From positions 3,200,001-3,264,000 of the forward strand of contig CM000208.1 of the NCBI GenBank assembly GCA_000002445.1: a stretch of DNA of 64,000 nt, given 5' to 3'. The translations under genes were made by a program, and so were the position numbers. This stretch comes from Trypanosoma brucei (Eukaryota). Within the stretch, counting starts at the first letter, position 1. Each line of letters starts with the position of its first letter. Below the pieces are notes generated by a model that saw nothing but the letters and a program-made list of their open reading frames with translations, did no database searches and had not been told where the DNA came from. This document shows, piece by piece, positions 1-13,000 of the stretch.

Positions 1-1521
1 AACCTTCGTAGTAGACAACAGCAATGACTGAGCGGAACTGCTCCCCACACACCAGTCACGCATTGATGGAACAGGGTTTGCTGAAATCGTGGGGTACCTG
101 AAATTCCCGTCATTTATATAATTCAGAAGCGTTTCTTGCACCCCTTCCGGACAGTAGTAGCAAGGCGTAGCAGACAGAGGCAAAAGGGAATTCGGCGCCA
201 CGGTGGGACATCGTGTCTCTCCTGTTCTCTTAAGAAAATCTCTCCTCTTCCGCAATACAATATACCCCCATCGCAGCATCAGTCGAGGTAGACACGGAAA
301 TGCACTCCGCAGAGCCTCCGCCAAACTATGGAAGGAAATAAATGTCATTACAGTGCAGAGGCCCCTTCCCCACCCTACTTGTGACAAGAACAGAACACAT
401 GCATCACACATGCAAAAGATAAAAATATATACGTCGACACAAAGTACCATATATTAACAGCGCACATAATCATGAACTCATGAACGCAGCGATATTCATA
501 TCCTGCAAGAACAAAGAATATACCCAATGAAAAGGTATCAATCATCTTTTGACTGGAACCAGGCTACTTTGATCCAACCCTATCAAACTGGTATGGGTAA
601 AAACGTACCAGTTATTATGACACCTAGATAACACCATGTATTTGAGTGTTGATTATTTAGCCGTTCACACCAATCACCAATGGCAGAAGTCCGTAGAGTA
701 ACTGGCAAAACCAAATCAGTTGTGTTCACGCGTAGCATATACACCATACCGTGCAACTAATAACGGTACCGATATGCCATTCACACTCACACATCCCACA
801 GATTCTCCACGCTATCTGTCACCGTGCTTGGCACTTTCACAAGTTCCATCTGCTTCAGCTATGCTACTTCAGTACCACTAATTGTACAAACATATTCCGT
901 GGCGTATGCCCACACAGACACACACACGTGATAATCCTACTGAAAAGAGGCAATGTGAAGAAGTAAAAACACCGATGAAAGCAATACACAAACAGCGAGT
1001 GGGGAAGGCGACCTACCCGAAAAGAAACATTAAAACGCACATTAACTTTTTTCTAATGGAAAACAATGGGTATCATATCAATGGACGAAAATAATAAAAA
1101 GAATAACAATGCAGGGCAGTGAGCAGAACCACACAATGAGTCAAATGGGAATGCAGCAGCAGCCAACCACGGTTGCAGCAAACATGTCGCCTCGATGTCT
1201 CAATCATAACCCACGTATGGTAGTCTGTGTTACCCTTGGGTTCATACGCCCTCCTAAAGAAACAAGTTGTAAAATGTTATACTACGTCGGAAACTATTTA
1301 TTATTATATCCACTCTCTCCACAGAACCAATCACTCTCTCGTTATTAACACACTAAATTACGGAATAAAAGTTAGACATTAGTGTCACAGCGCTCTTCAG
1401 ATGTTAAGGGGTTTCGATATTAGCGAATAGAATGGGGAGTAAAAAGAAAGTCAAACATATTAAATCATAAATAACAAATAACCAAATATGAGAAGAAGGG
1501 GAAGAATAAAGCATCATGTAC

Positions 1522-2514
1522 TCATTTAGTTATATCAGACAACACCTGCCCACCATGACGCCGCACGAAATCCAGACGGCGGGGCACCATGAATGCCTTC
1601 CCTTTGCCAAGTCGGAAAAAGATGGCAACGGCAAGAAGCCCGCTTAGCATGCCAATAACGCTACCAGCCACTACATCACCGCTGTGGTGACGATTGTCGC
1701 GTAACCGTGACGCAGCAACGGCGCATGCAAAATAAATCGGCAGGAGACCAACGAGCGTGCGCCACACAGATGCACCACTGAAGGCACGCAGAACTGAAAG
1801 GAAGTACATGGCCATAGGCGTGAAAACAGAGAAGGCGCAACCGCTGTGACCTGAAGGGAAAGACCGTCTGCCTTCTGCAGCAACCTTGCACCAATCTTTA
1901 ACTCTGGATGTCGAATTGTAACCTTCGCGTTCCAACCTAGCGAGGAAGTCGGGACGGAGCACACCAGCGTAAACTTTCAGAACTTCAACGATACAAAGGG
2001 CCAATACAACTGAGAAACCGTGCGCCACAACCCAATAATTAGCGGTTTCAAGGAACGTCATTAACCGCTTTGAGCTGCCTTTGTTCTCTGTCGTAAATGA
2101 CCCGTCAGGGCAGTTACCAGTACGTTCCGCGGCAGCATTATTAAACCCGTCGGAAGATACCTCCAGCATCTCTACTGGAGCCCGCGATTCATCAGGGAGA
2201 CGGTTAGACACATGTATATCCAAATACCACTCCCCCTTCGAGGCGAAAAGGGCACGTAAAAACTCCATTATGAAGTAAAATCCAATGGGCGCAACCTCCA
2301 TTATAAGGAGAGTTAACACAGAAAATGTTGAACTCTTTAGCTTGTAGCTTATGGTTGCATCGGTCCACGAAAAACCTCGGCAATACGGTTGAAGGGATTC
2401 CATCCACAGGCAAACGACGAATGCTATCCCAATTAGCAGAAAATAGTCCAAAACGTGAAATACTTTACAGTAGTGCACAAACTTCGAACAGCACGTCCCG
2501 CTTTCGGTGGTCAT
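1522..2514 (-). CDS. Lipid phosphate phosphatase, PAP2 (type-2 phosphatidic acid phosphatase) family membrane protein
   Basis: 330-aa ORF starting at an ATG (read from DNA). It has several hydrophobic segments. The three PAP2 signature motifs occur in canonical order: KVYAGVLRP (KX6RP), SFPSGHS (PSGH) and SRLRDNRHHSGD (SRX5HX3D). Confidence 0.75.
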   Translation of the reverse strand: MTTESGTCCSKFVHYCKVFHVLDYFLLIGIAFVVCLWMESLQPYCRGFSWTDATISYKLKSSTFSVLTLLIMEVAPIGFYFIMEFLRALFASKGEWYLDIHVSNRLPDESRAPVEMLEVSSDGFNNAAAERTGNCPDGSFTTENKGSSKRLMTFLETANYWVVAHGFSVVLALCIVEVLKVYAGVLRPDFLARLEREGYNSTSRVKDWCKVAAEGRRSFPSGHSGCAFSVFTPMAMYFLSVLRAFSGASVWRTLVGLLPIYFACAVAASRLRDNRHHSGDVVAGSVIGMLSGLLAVAIFFRLGKGKAFMVPRRLDFVRRHGGQVLSDITK

Positions 2515-4988
2515 TTTCGCACTTCTTGAAATGATTAATTACTCCCAAGAACTACAACTTGTATCAGACACGGGGGAAAGCAAAATGTAGAGAGCACTAA
2601 AGGAAGACAACAAACTCGGAAAGAAAATACCAGGCAAGAAAATAGGCGGTCTTTCACTACCACCAACCAGCAAACATCACACAACCATACGGTCTGCAAA
2701 TGCATTATTATGAAACTCAGTGCGCTGCGCCACATTGGCACGGTAACAAGAGGCACACAGCACAAAAAAAGACCATACCACACAACTGCCACCCACAATA
2801 ACATCTACAAGCCGACAACACGGGGCTCAGCTTTAACGATACTGACAAGTGCACTCCGGTAAGTGTAGTGATATTTTTCAAAAAGCACAACATAAGCCTC
2901 ACTTCTACACCACCGATAACGCGTGCAAATAAGCCTGGCGGTGAAACTCCAACGCAAGTACGAGCAAGCACAGCAAACACCTGGTGGCACAATAAGGAAT
3001 ATCACAGGGAAGAAACTAGAAGAAAGGAGGATAGGCGGTGTGTACACAAGGCACCGACATACTCGCCTCGCCTCTTGGAAAGCCACCACCCACAACGCAC
3101 CACCAAAAAGGCATGCCGTGGCTACGGGCCTCCTCAGAAATAGAAGGTAACACTGAAGAAACAGCAATGGGGGAAATTACTGCAGGTACGTGTCAGTCAA
3201 GTACAGCACTCTCGCTGAAAGCGTTGGTATCAATCAGCACTAAGTTGTCACTCAGTCGCGCACTACAACTTCTGTCCTCATACACAGCCATGCAGCAGAA
3301 CATCTCCGCCACATGTATCACCCCACAATGCATGCAAAGCACGGTGTGGGGCGGTTGTATGGGCGTCGATACAGCAACAGTGAATAAAGATGCAGTGTAA
3401 ACACACATAGCAGGAAGGAGTTAGGGACGGTAAATGCCGGTACAATCAACACCGCTGCTCAACATTTGTACACATTCAAGAGTCCTCATTGGATGTGTCG
3501 GTCCGCCTGTCGTTAGACAGTTTCTCATCGTCGCAGCGGTGTCGTGCCCATAACATGTCACATTTCGCATAGTCCAATGATCCAAGAGTCAAAAGAGAAG
3601 GGAAAAAAGAGTAACGAGGGGAAGAAGGGAGGAATCAGATAGATTGGTAAACGCAAAGTTGGTTTCTCGTTCATTATGGGTCGTCAGTGCGCACTACAAC
3701 TGCAGTCACATCACGCAGAGTAAACGCTATTGGAATATCTCCGCCTCCTGAAATCGCCCCACAACGATTTCTGCACATGTGAGGCGTTAGACAGAGACGG
3801 TAACCCGCAACAGCAGCTGCTGCAGGAAGAATGCATGTCCTCGGCCAGTACGGAATATTTATCACATTGGTTTCTATGGCGGCCCACTTGGCGTTAACCG
3901 ATTCTCCATCTAACACCATCGCCCTGGTGAGAAGGTTTTCTGTCTATTTTTCTTGGGTGATGAGTGATAAGCGTATTTTGGTACTGCCTTAGGTTTGTAC
4001 ATATGAAAAGAAATAACGAGGAAATAAAAACAAAGTTTTGATTATCCTGCAGCATCAGTCTACTTCATTGCAGGCAGAAAACGCTCATTTACGTATGAAC
4101 ATATTCATATCATCCCCATCTTCAAGTACGCTTCCCACGCACGTACACAAAGTGGTAAGTGGGAATGTACGAAAAGAGAAGAATGGAAGAATAATACTTT
4201 AAATACCCAGTCGCACTTGCGGACACCCTCTAACGATCCCAGCGGGAACGGTTGAGGTGGCACATACAAGATAATTAGCATAATCAAATATGGAAAAAAA
4301 AAAGAAAAGTAAAAGGGACAGAGCACGGTAGAAACAAAAAAGAAAAAGAAAGCAACTCCGTACACCTTCTGTTTTTTTTTCACTGCCAAAGCAGGACCGC
4401 TCTGTGCCACACACTGGCAAAACAAAAGCGGAAAATGTGGAGGGGAAAAGGACAGGATGAAAGGTAATAAAAAAAAGAAAATTGAAGAAACGTGTCGCAT
4501 GATATAAAAAAGGAGATATAACGTCCCTCTTTTATAATCGGTGGCATTGCTGCTTTGGTCTTTTTTATGGCTGAGCTGATTCATACCGGCCCGAGTTTGC
4601 TCTTTGTGACATTGTGAAGAGGAGTTGCCAGTTAAGGTCCACACAACACCGTCACCTACGGTAGCAAGTAGATACTGCAAACTCACACACACCTGGGGGT
4701 GGGGGATTTAAAAAATAATAATAATAATAATTGTAAAACGAAGTAAGGCATCTCTCTTATAGCCGCAGCCGCCATTACGAGCACAGGGAAGGTAGACATT
4801 TGCTCACGCTGCAGGCAGTAAGTTATCATATAAATAAATCAAGAAAAAAATTACGCAAGGGGGGATGCACTCATTCCCTTCCGGACACGGAACAGAAAAT
4901 TGAAGAAACAGGTGTGTAAGTAAAACACAAAAAATAAGGTACCACATAGCACGGTGGATTAACCAAAGGACTAAAAGAAAGAAGTTGT

Positions 4989-4989
4989 G

Positions 4990-5024
<35 letters not shown>
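4989..5024. repeat. (CA)9-(TA)9 compound microsatellite
   Basis: Direct reading: acacacacacacacacacatatatatatatatatat. Confidence 0.9.
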
Positions 5025-6180
5025 GAGCAAATACCCCCGCGGAATGAATGATTACGCAAAAACCACGGAAAGGGGAAGTAGTTGTACCCAAGATGTAAGC
5101 ACTGCAGCTGTAAAAAAAAAAAAGTGTTCGGTGCCCAACCACATGACCCCGCCCACAGCCGAGAAGCAACACTTGCAATAAAACGGCGGAAACAAGAGCG
5201 ACACACAAACAGTTGGAAGTAACCGAAGTATAAATCCTTCCCTTGGGCTTTACGAACGCGTTTTGGTATTGAAAAGGAAATTCGAGGAGATTTTAAATGC
5301 ACACACTTGTGGAGGGTCAGCCGTTCAGAAGTGACGACGCTCATCCTCAGTTGGTAGCCTCTCTTCCATTACCCCACACGTTTCAATTTTACGTCCCCTC
5401 GACTACAACTGAGTGTGTTTTACACTTGCCTTGCTTATCCACACCGTCTTTCCTTCCGCTTTTCTACAGCAAGATCGCACGTTTTCGCCACGTTTTGCAC
5501 TTATCAAAAAAAAATATATATTCGTTTTGTTTTTACCCCCTTTAGCCCCACGTTTTTTTCTTTTGTTCGCTCCGGCGCACGCACAGCCACATGCATGTTT
5601 CGCCATGCGTTGCTGTTCATCAACGTTTACAGTCGTATGACGATAATAAGGAAGACGATGATAGTAATAATAGTAATAATAACAGTAAGGAAATAATTAA
5701 AAGAGCTAAAAGAAAAAGTAAAGATCGGTAGATCAAAATGGTGACAAACACATCACCACACACGTATTTACGTACGTGCACGTACATATATATATACGTT
5801 TTTGAAGACGTAAGGTACTGCAACCACATAGAGTATTTTAAATGTGTTGACCGCAAGCACTCCCAGATGCACATCACTGTGGTAATACCCGCGTGCCCAC
5901 TTTCCTTCAGTGGAGATATCCCACAAGCTGCTTTCCATCTCATTCAGTCTGGTAACAGCCCCTTCAGTCGCACTTGCACCAACTTTGTCCAGAGCTTCCG
6001 CTGCTGTTTTATGAGCGTTGACGTACAATACTTTGCCTTCACGTCGAAACCCGCCGCCAGCGAAACTTTCAATTGGTTTGCAACTGTTTCTACAATTTGT
6101 TTTCTTGCTTCCCTTCCCTCGTCTGCCTCATCTCCCATCCCCGCCCCCCCCCAGTTTTTGAACCGCTGGGACGCGCTACC

Positions 6181-7635
6181 CTACGCTATGTTGTACTTTG
6201 TGAGAAGTGACTCACTTGTCATCGTTTTGGGTCTCTCGATAGGTCGCCCCTGCAGTCGATCCCATACGATTCCTGTAAGGACCCCCAGCTGTCGCGAAAG
6301 ACCGAATAGAACTGTGTAAAATAACTGTTCTTTCATCCCATAGTGCTGAAGAAGTACACCGGATTGGGCATCAACGTTGGGGAACGGATTCCTCACCTTA
6401 CCATGTTTCTTGAGGATTCCGGGCATGATCTCGTAGATGGCGTCAACGAGTATAAAAAGCTCATCATTAGGGAAGTTATTTTTACAGTACTCGCGGAAGC
6501 AGGTGTAACGGGGGTCAGTCATACCAAGAACAGCATGCCCATAACCTGGCACCACCCTTTTGGCGTTGAGCACATCCCAAGTGAGTTTTTCCAGCTCCGC
6601 GGCAAGCCGCTTGCGATCATGAAGGTCCACACCTGCAGCTTTGCATTTGTCGCGCATCTCAAATAAATATGTTAACACCTCTTGGTTTGCCAAACCGTGA
6701 AGTGGGCCAGCGAGGCCGGCGAGACCTGCAACAAGGGATAGATATGGGTCACTGAGTGCTGATGCAACCAAAACTGTGGCGTGAGCAGACACGTTGCCAC
6801 CTTCATGGTCCGCATGGAGGCAAAGGTAAAGGCGCATGCAGTCCCAGAATGACTCATCTTTATATCCCAGCATGTTTGTAAAGTTTGCTGCCCAATCAAG
6901 ATTAGGGTCACTGGGGTTGGCCAGTTGCGCCTTACCAGTTGCGAGACGATTGTACACAATGGCCGCCACATGTGAAGAGCGAGCGATCAAGTCAAGGCTG
7001 TCATCCAGTGCATACTCCCAATAGTTTGTTTTGTTCGCCTTCCCCTGGGAATACGCTGTGGCAAACTTCGAGTACGTTTGGAGGGCCATTAAACCAGCGC
7101 CAAACTGAGTCATGGGATGAGAGTTATCCGGCAATGAGGCAATTGTCTTCACGGCAGCACTGATTGCACGCTCGTCTGCACGGCGGTGCAATTCTTCGTG
7201 CATTTCTTTCACCTGCCGCTCGTTTGGTATTGTGCCGGTCACAAGCAACCACAGCATTCCCTCAGGGAGCGGGGAGCTTCCGCCACGCCACGATTTGGGA
7301 AGTTTTTCGCAGCACTCCGAAATGGTGAGCCCCCGGAAGCGAATACCAACTTCCTTATCGAGATATGATGGTTCATAAACGAAACCGGTAACTCCGCGCA
7401 TGCCACCGTACATGCTGGACACCGTGGACTCTGAAAGCTTATCCCCGCCATGTTTGGCTATCAGTTGCTTAATGCGAGGCGCATCACTCTGGTGTTTTTT
7501 CAGTATAGACAGTTTCAGTTCATCAAAGATAGGCGAACCGCCGGCGGCAGCACAAAACAATGAGGGCGAAGATGAAAACCCTCGTAACATAGCTCCCCTC
7601 ACGATTCCAGATGAGTAACGAGCACGCATGCACAT
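6181..7635 (-). CDS. Citrate synthase (mitochondrial type)
   Basis: Citrate synthase active-site signature GYGHAVLGMTDPRY, plus the GLAGPLHGLANQEVL block and homology across the full length. The track ORF (6181..7707) begins with TTG. The first in-frame ATGs are at 7635 and 7629 and give a basic, Ser/Arg-rich N-terminus (MCMRARYSSGIVRGAMLRGFSSS) that fits a mitochondrial presequence. Confidence 0.9.
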   Translation of the reverse strand: MCMRARYSSGIVRGAMLRGFSSSPSLFCAAAGGSPIFDELKLSILKKHQSDAPRIKQLIAKHGGDKLSESTVSSMYGGMRGVTGFVYEPSYLDKEVGIRFRGLTISECCEKLPKSWRGGSSPLPEGMLWLLVTGTIPNERQVKEMHEELHRRADERAISAAVKTIASLPDNSHPMTQFGAGLMALQTYSKFATAYSQGKANKTNYWEYALDDSLDLIARSSHVAAIVYNRLATGKAQLANPSDPNLDWAANFTNMLGYKDESFWDCMRLYLCLHADHEGGNVSAHATVLVASALSDPYLSLVAGLAGLAGPLHGLANQEVLTYLFEMRDKCKAAGVDLHDRKRLAAELEKLTWDVLNAKRVVPGYGHAVLGMTDPRYTCFREYCKNNFPNDELFILVDAIYEIMPGILKKHGKVRNPFPNVDAQSGVLLQHYGMKEQLFYTVLFGLSRQLGVLTGIVWDRLQGRPIERPKTMTSESLLTKYNIA

Positions 7636-7996
7636 TGGAAATAAATCCTCCCGTTTAGTGATGGTGTTACCTTTCAAATGCAAATCTGACAAATTATAGA
7701 GGAACAACTGGCGGTATTTTCCTTTCTCTTTTTTGCTGTTGCTTTTTATATCCCTTTGTATGCCTTTAACTGCGAATTTTGCTCAGAACGCGGCGAGCCA
7801 CAGATTAAAATAAACAGAACGAAAAGGGTGCAACAGCTCTGTGGACAATGGAGTCCCCTCAGAGGGGTGGGGTTGGAGAGACCATGTTAAATATTAAAAA
7901 ATGAGATGCAACGGGGAAGTCGTGTATTTGGAAACGGCGTATTGTGCCCACACACAATTTTCAAGCTTCCTGCTGCCGCAACCGCACGGCGACGAT

Positions 7997-8007
7997 GGGG
8001 GGGGGGG
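7997..8007. repeat. G11 homopolymer (C11 on the transcribed strand), about 360 nt upstream of the citrate synthase ATG
   Basis: Direct reading: gatgggggggggggtaatag. Confidence 0.8.
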
Positions 8008-8478
8008 TAATAGAAAAATAAAAGATCGATGAGTGGAGGGTAGTACGACGACATCGCACGCTAACACAAATCATGAGCAGTTGCGCTAAGCAGATGTTGG
8101 TGCTGCGCTAACGGGATATGGACACAGCTTCGCCACAGGTTGTCGCACGCACCTCGATAGCTCAATCCAGTGGTTTCTGGCTCTTCTACGGCGCAAGTCG
8201 CACAAAGCAGGTATGTCTGTGCAAGTCCCTTCATAGGAGTGACCGGCACCCTTGAGAGACACGTACATACTGTTCACAAAAACACGGCAAAATAAAAATA
8301 AAACAGACGTCACATTCCTCGTGTAAGTTGATCACGGGCCACCTCTGCCAAACATGCAAACATTTCCTCCGAACAAAGACCTGAGCCACAGAGCAGAAAC
8401 CACCCCATACATTGCCGAGAACTACATGTCGCTCCAACAGACTCTACCGTACACACACATACTGAGCACTTGTAACCT

Positions 8479-10047
8479 TCATTTGTGGGTTTGCAAGCGC
8501 AGAACGGCGTATCGTGTGTCAACAACATGGTTATCACTCAGCACTGGGCCCGACGGCACGTACATGAATCGCACTGATTCTTGTGTCAAACGCATGCACC
8601 GGCCTACGCCTGAACGCAAAAAGCTTAATTTTACATCTTTGATTCTTACGTGCGATGTGGTACTCTCAGGGAGAAGTTCTAACGGGCCCCGTGCTGTGAG
8701 CAGAAGAACCCCATGACAAAACGTAGTTGGTGAACCTTTCGGTGGTACTGACTGCAAAGTGTGCAACCGACCACTGAAGAGGGGTCCCCGCTCGCCTCCC
8801 TCCCACGGCGGATTTGTGGGCGGAGGTTTCGAAGCTTGCGATGTGGTCGACAACATCTCCTGTTGCTGATTTTTCAAGTTGAAGGACGGACTACTTCCCA
8901 TTTCTACATTTGTCTTCCTTTCGCCGTGAAGTTCAGTAGAATCGAGCTTCTCCAAACTCTGCACAACCTCCACGTCCGAGATCCGGTATCCCTCGCCCGT
9001 GAGGCTGCTGGTGCCAGACGTTCCTTGGGCTGCCATAGATGAATGAAGTCCATCACGGAACTTTTGTGGCAGCTCCGCGACACGAAACTCACCTACCTCA
9101 CTGGAAAACACCGTTGATATCCATTCTCCGCGTAGCTGCACTCCCATTGGGTACGCTGAACGCAGAAAGGAGGGAAGGTACGACTGACAAATGTCTTGTA
9201 TGATAGAAGATTGATCTGAGGGACTCATGAACAAAACGCCAATGGGAGCGCCCCAACGTGACTCACCATGCAGCAAAACGTTCATTGCTTTAACCCCTGT
9301 AGAGGTCTGCGGAAGCCGCAGTTCGCCTGTCTTCAATACTCCCTCCAGGGGAAAAACGATAGCACCTTCCGGAGGAAACTGTTCAAGTTGCAAGGCGGCA
9401 ACATCACTGTAGTTGCGGTGTTGCGCCGAGCCATTCAAGTCAACTGCCAGAACGAAATCACTGCCAACGAGAATCCAAACAGGTTGTAACTGTTCTTTGC
9501 TCAGTTGTGCCCCACCCCTCCCTTCCGCGTGACGTATCACCCACTCCCTCATATCGAACTTGCGAGCATCTGCCTCAATCATACTATTCAAAAGATCAAT
9601 GGCTTTATGAAACTGGGCTTTGTCAGCGGGTCTCCGCCGACAAATAAGCTTTTCAGAGCCCTTGTCGTCCACTCCGCAGCTATCCGGAGGAGCTCTTGGA
9701 CAAATTGCATTTAACCTATGATCAAGATGAACTATGTTACGTTTTTGCATTCTGCCGAGAAATTTCGGCTGCTGTCCACCATCTTCCGGACTGGGTGGCC
9801 CACACATTTTTGGTTTTATATGTCCTGGTAACAACGGAATGGAGTGGCGCGGCAGTGGTGGGGATTCGCAGACCTTTTCCCCATTATTTGCCTTTCCGGG
9901 CATCAGGGTTCCTTTGGAGCGGAGAGGTCGAAGCGAGCCAACTAATGTCTTCGATGAATTGGCAAGCGAATTAGGCGTCGCCTTGCTGGAACCATCTTGC
10001 CCTTGCGGCGGTGCAGAGTTTGTGGGTAGTGGGATTTCTACACCCAT
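8479..10047 (-). CDS. Hypothetical protein (522 aa, Pro/Ser-rich termini, central globular region)
   Basis: Long ORF starting at an ATG, on the same strand as the cluster. I recognise no family motif. The termini are low complexity; the central region (DMREWVIRHAEGRGG...VWILVGSDFVLAVDLNG) looks globular. Confidence 0.55.
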   Translation of the reverse strand: MGVEIPLPTNSAPPQGQDGSSKATPNSLANSSKTLVGSLRPLRSKGTLMPGKANNGEKVCESPPLPRHSIPLLPGHIKPKMCGPPSPEDGGQQPKFLGRMQKRNIVHLDHRLNAICPRAPPDSCGVDDKGSEKLICRRRPADKAQFHKAIDLLNSMIEADARKFDMREWVIRHAEGRGGAQLSKEQLQPVWILVGSDFVLAVDLNGSAQHRNYSDVAALQLEQFPPEGAIVFPLEGVLKTGELRLPQTSTGVKAMNVLLHGESRWGAPIGVLFMSPSDQSSIIQDICQSYLPSFLRSAYPMGVQLRGEWISTVFSSEVGEFRVAELPQKFRDGLHSSMAAQGTSGTSSLTGEGYRISDVEVVQSLEKLDSTELHGERKTNVEMGSSPSFNLKNQQQEMLSTTSQASKPPPTNPPWEGGERGPLFSGRLHTLQSVPPKGSPTTFCHGVLLLTARGPLELLPESTTSHVRIKDVKLSFLRSGVGRCMRLTQESVRFMYVPSGPVLSDNHVVDTRYAVLRLQTHK

Positions 10048-13000
10048 AACGGCGTGTCACGCAGCCGCTTCACTAACTGAAGTGTGCTGAACCGTGTCCC
10101 AAGGCCCTTTCGCTAAGGGCTACCTTTGGATTCGAGCGAATTCTTCCACTCTTCAGGGGAAAGCTTCCAAGGAGAAACAGTGAAGCTATGAACGTACATG
10201 CCGAGGGCAGGAAAAGAACACAACATACTCACCCAATGGCTTGCAAGATCGAATAAATAACACACAGAAGGTAAAACATTGCCAGACACATGCACATATA
10301 AAAGAGGAGGAAAAGGAAAACGGGTGCCGGCCACCCGGCAACTGCGCACGACAGCAAAGGGTTTGCTCCGCTGTGTGAACTCCCTTTGTCCAACGGCACA
10401 TGTTCACAGAAATACACACGCACAAAGACACACAAGGAAGAAAAAAAAAAGAAAGAAACGTTACACACACAACACATGATCCAATAGAGAACAAAACAAC
10501 TCCCTAAATCTTTCCTCCTTTCGCGTTCCCCAAACCCTCTCGCACTCACACGATGTCACATGTAACTTGTCGGGTAAAACAACCAAAGGACAAAAAGTGG
10601 CAAGCACGTTCCGTACCATCCCCACACCAGCCGAATCCTCTCCAGAGACAGACACAAAAAAACGAATAAAGAAGGTGGAGAGGAGTACATATTGATGCTC
10701 GTGAAATCGCACTAAACGAAAAAAATGCGTCACACATCCAAAAGGGGTAAAAACATCTATACATCAATCGCTTGTTTACTCATACATCTCCACAGTCAAC
10801 GGTCCACAGAATGACAACCCACCAAAACGAAGATAAGGATAAACGAACCAACAACCGAACAGAAACAATAATAAGTCGACACAGGTGCGCGAATCTAAAG
10901 GGGAAAGGTCAGGTGGGGGTGTTGCTAGCGTAAGTATTGCCACATCTCGAAACGGATGGCGCAGCGGTGAGGTAGTTGCATGATGAAGATGTGTACGCAG
11001 GGTTCAACATCAAACAAGTTGCGGTATTCGTTGCCAAATAATATAGGGGTTGGTTCACCTCAAAAAGCCTTTAGTCCCCCCTCATTATTCGCCATCTTCA
11101 CATCATCGTTACCTTCATCCGTAGGGCATCCCCCACACCTACGCCCATCCCAATCATGCATCTGTACGCCTTCCACTGTGGAACACATGCAGTTGCAAAA
11201 TTACAAATCAAAATAAATACCCCCAATGCACTCGCGTACAGGGGGAACAGAAAAACACCGAACGATTCGCAAGGAAGCAGAGCACCCAGGTACACAACGA
11301 CACCATCTCAGCCGGAAAAGTAAAAATGAAGGGGATGCAAGAGACAATTCCCCGCGCAGGGGCCAAAACCGAAGAAAAAGTTAATAGCACAACCCTCGCA
11401 TCACCACACACACACAAAAAAAAAAGAATTATGGTAAAACCGTGGTGATCAAAAGGGAAAGAGAGTTACCCCTTTTTTTATCAGAGTGGTGCAGGGGTCC
11501 CTCATTTTTTCTTTTTTTTTGGAGGGGGGGTTGTAGGATGCCACAGTTGATTGAAAGGAATTTCTTAACAACAACACCAAAGCCACCCATCTCCAGTATA
11601 TTCCCACCACCACCACCACGAAAGAAAACAAGTTAAAGGAATGGCCCCTCTTTTCTCCCCTTTAAAAAAGAGGGGAGACGGCAAGCCGTCCTCCTCACTG
11701 TAAGTCTGAGATACTCAAAAATGAATCCTTGTACCCTTCCGTCTTCACCTTCACTCAAGCAATAACTTCTTCCGACTTTTTTGCAGTGGAGCGTTTCTCT
11801 TATAATCCCTTCACTCTTCGCAGGCCTTTTTTTTTTAAATTCCATTCCTTTTTTATCCCAGCGGTTACTTCACTCATTCGCTACAAAAATTTCCCCCCCT
11901 AACTAAGCGGAGGTCTACACGCTCCCCCTCGGCACCTCCAAAGACGGGTTTTTCGTCCCTACGGTTAGTTTCACTTTCTTTTACCCATTTTACCATCACC
12001 ATCACCACCACCCCCTCCTTCCTTCTCTGTTTCAGCGGGTTGCGTTCCGCACTTATTTAACGATCCGTGAGAGTTACATTCCCGAGACGGAAAAATATTC
12101 ACACAAACATATATATGCAGACGCTTGTAAACGCACTAAGTTAGAATGACAAGAAAATAAAAGACAAAAGACAAACACCACATACACACAACGAAAAAAA
12201 ACGTGTGGAATATGATAGGCGTTTCCGACTTGGGACGTTCCTTTCACAATCATTCCCACAGTGACAGTCCACGATCTTCTGCACTCAAAAAGTAAAACTT
12301 TCTTTTAACTCCCTCCTTCCCTCCTTTTTTCTTTTTGTTTTTAAAACTTGTGCCTCGGTCACAACGTCACTCGTCACAGCTTTTGCAACGGTGACGGCTG
12401 AGCAGGCGCATACAACCCTAACACGTAAACATTACACCACCATCTTCCTCTCTAGAGATATATCCGCTTGCCGGCAAAGCACCTGTTGGTAACTTTTAAC
12501 TCTTTTCCATGTTGTCCCCGCCACTCTCTCCCAGTAAAAATGAAAAAAAAACGAAAAGGAGAGAGAGAGAGGGACAACAACGGAAAACTGAAGAAGGTAT
12601 TTGCCACCACCAAGTTAAATTATGATGAAATAATAAAAATAAATGTAGCAACACTCCCCCTCGTCCCCATATGTTGCTAAAATTTCGCCCATCTTCATCA
12701 TCAAACGTGTGTGCGATCGCACTGCTACATGCAATAATCGCATGAGAGAGAAAATGAAAAAGGGGTCAGATTATTTAAAGAATAAAAGAGAACGCATACC
12801 TGTGGCAGTTAATTATCAAATATCTCCTAAGGATACGCCAACGCAAGAATAGAGTGGGATATACAAGCACGCAAACATCCCGACACTAATACTGCAAGCG
12901 ACTTTTGCACATGCTGCGAATAACAACTTTGCACAATTGGAAAGCACCCAAAAATATTGCAAACCATCCTTCCCCCTCTTCGTTTCTTGACAACTTCGGT

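Noticed and set aside
4105-4692. 195-aa minus-strand ORF (and the neighbouring 157-aa ORF 4871..5344)
   Set aside because: The translation is Phe/Leu/Ser/Pro homopolymeric (FFFFFVSTVLCPFYFSFFFPYL), i.e. a translated polypyrimidine tract and microsatellite. It has no protein-like composition and lies in the spacer between citrate synthase and the PAP2 gene.
5768-6138. Two overlapping small minus-strand ORFs (64 and 86 aa) directly downstream of the citrate synthase stop
   Set aside because: They begin only about 40 nt after the upstream stop codon, with no room for a pyrimidine tract or splice acceptor. They sit in two different frames and have no family resemblance. They are most likely 3'-UTR sequence.
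5738-6319. 193-aa plus-strand ORF
   Set aside because: It is antisense to the unidirectional array, overlaps the citrate synthase 3' end, has low-complexity composition (TYIYIYVFEDV) and shows no recognisable similarity.
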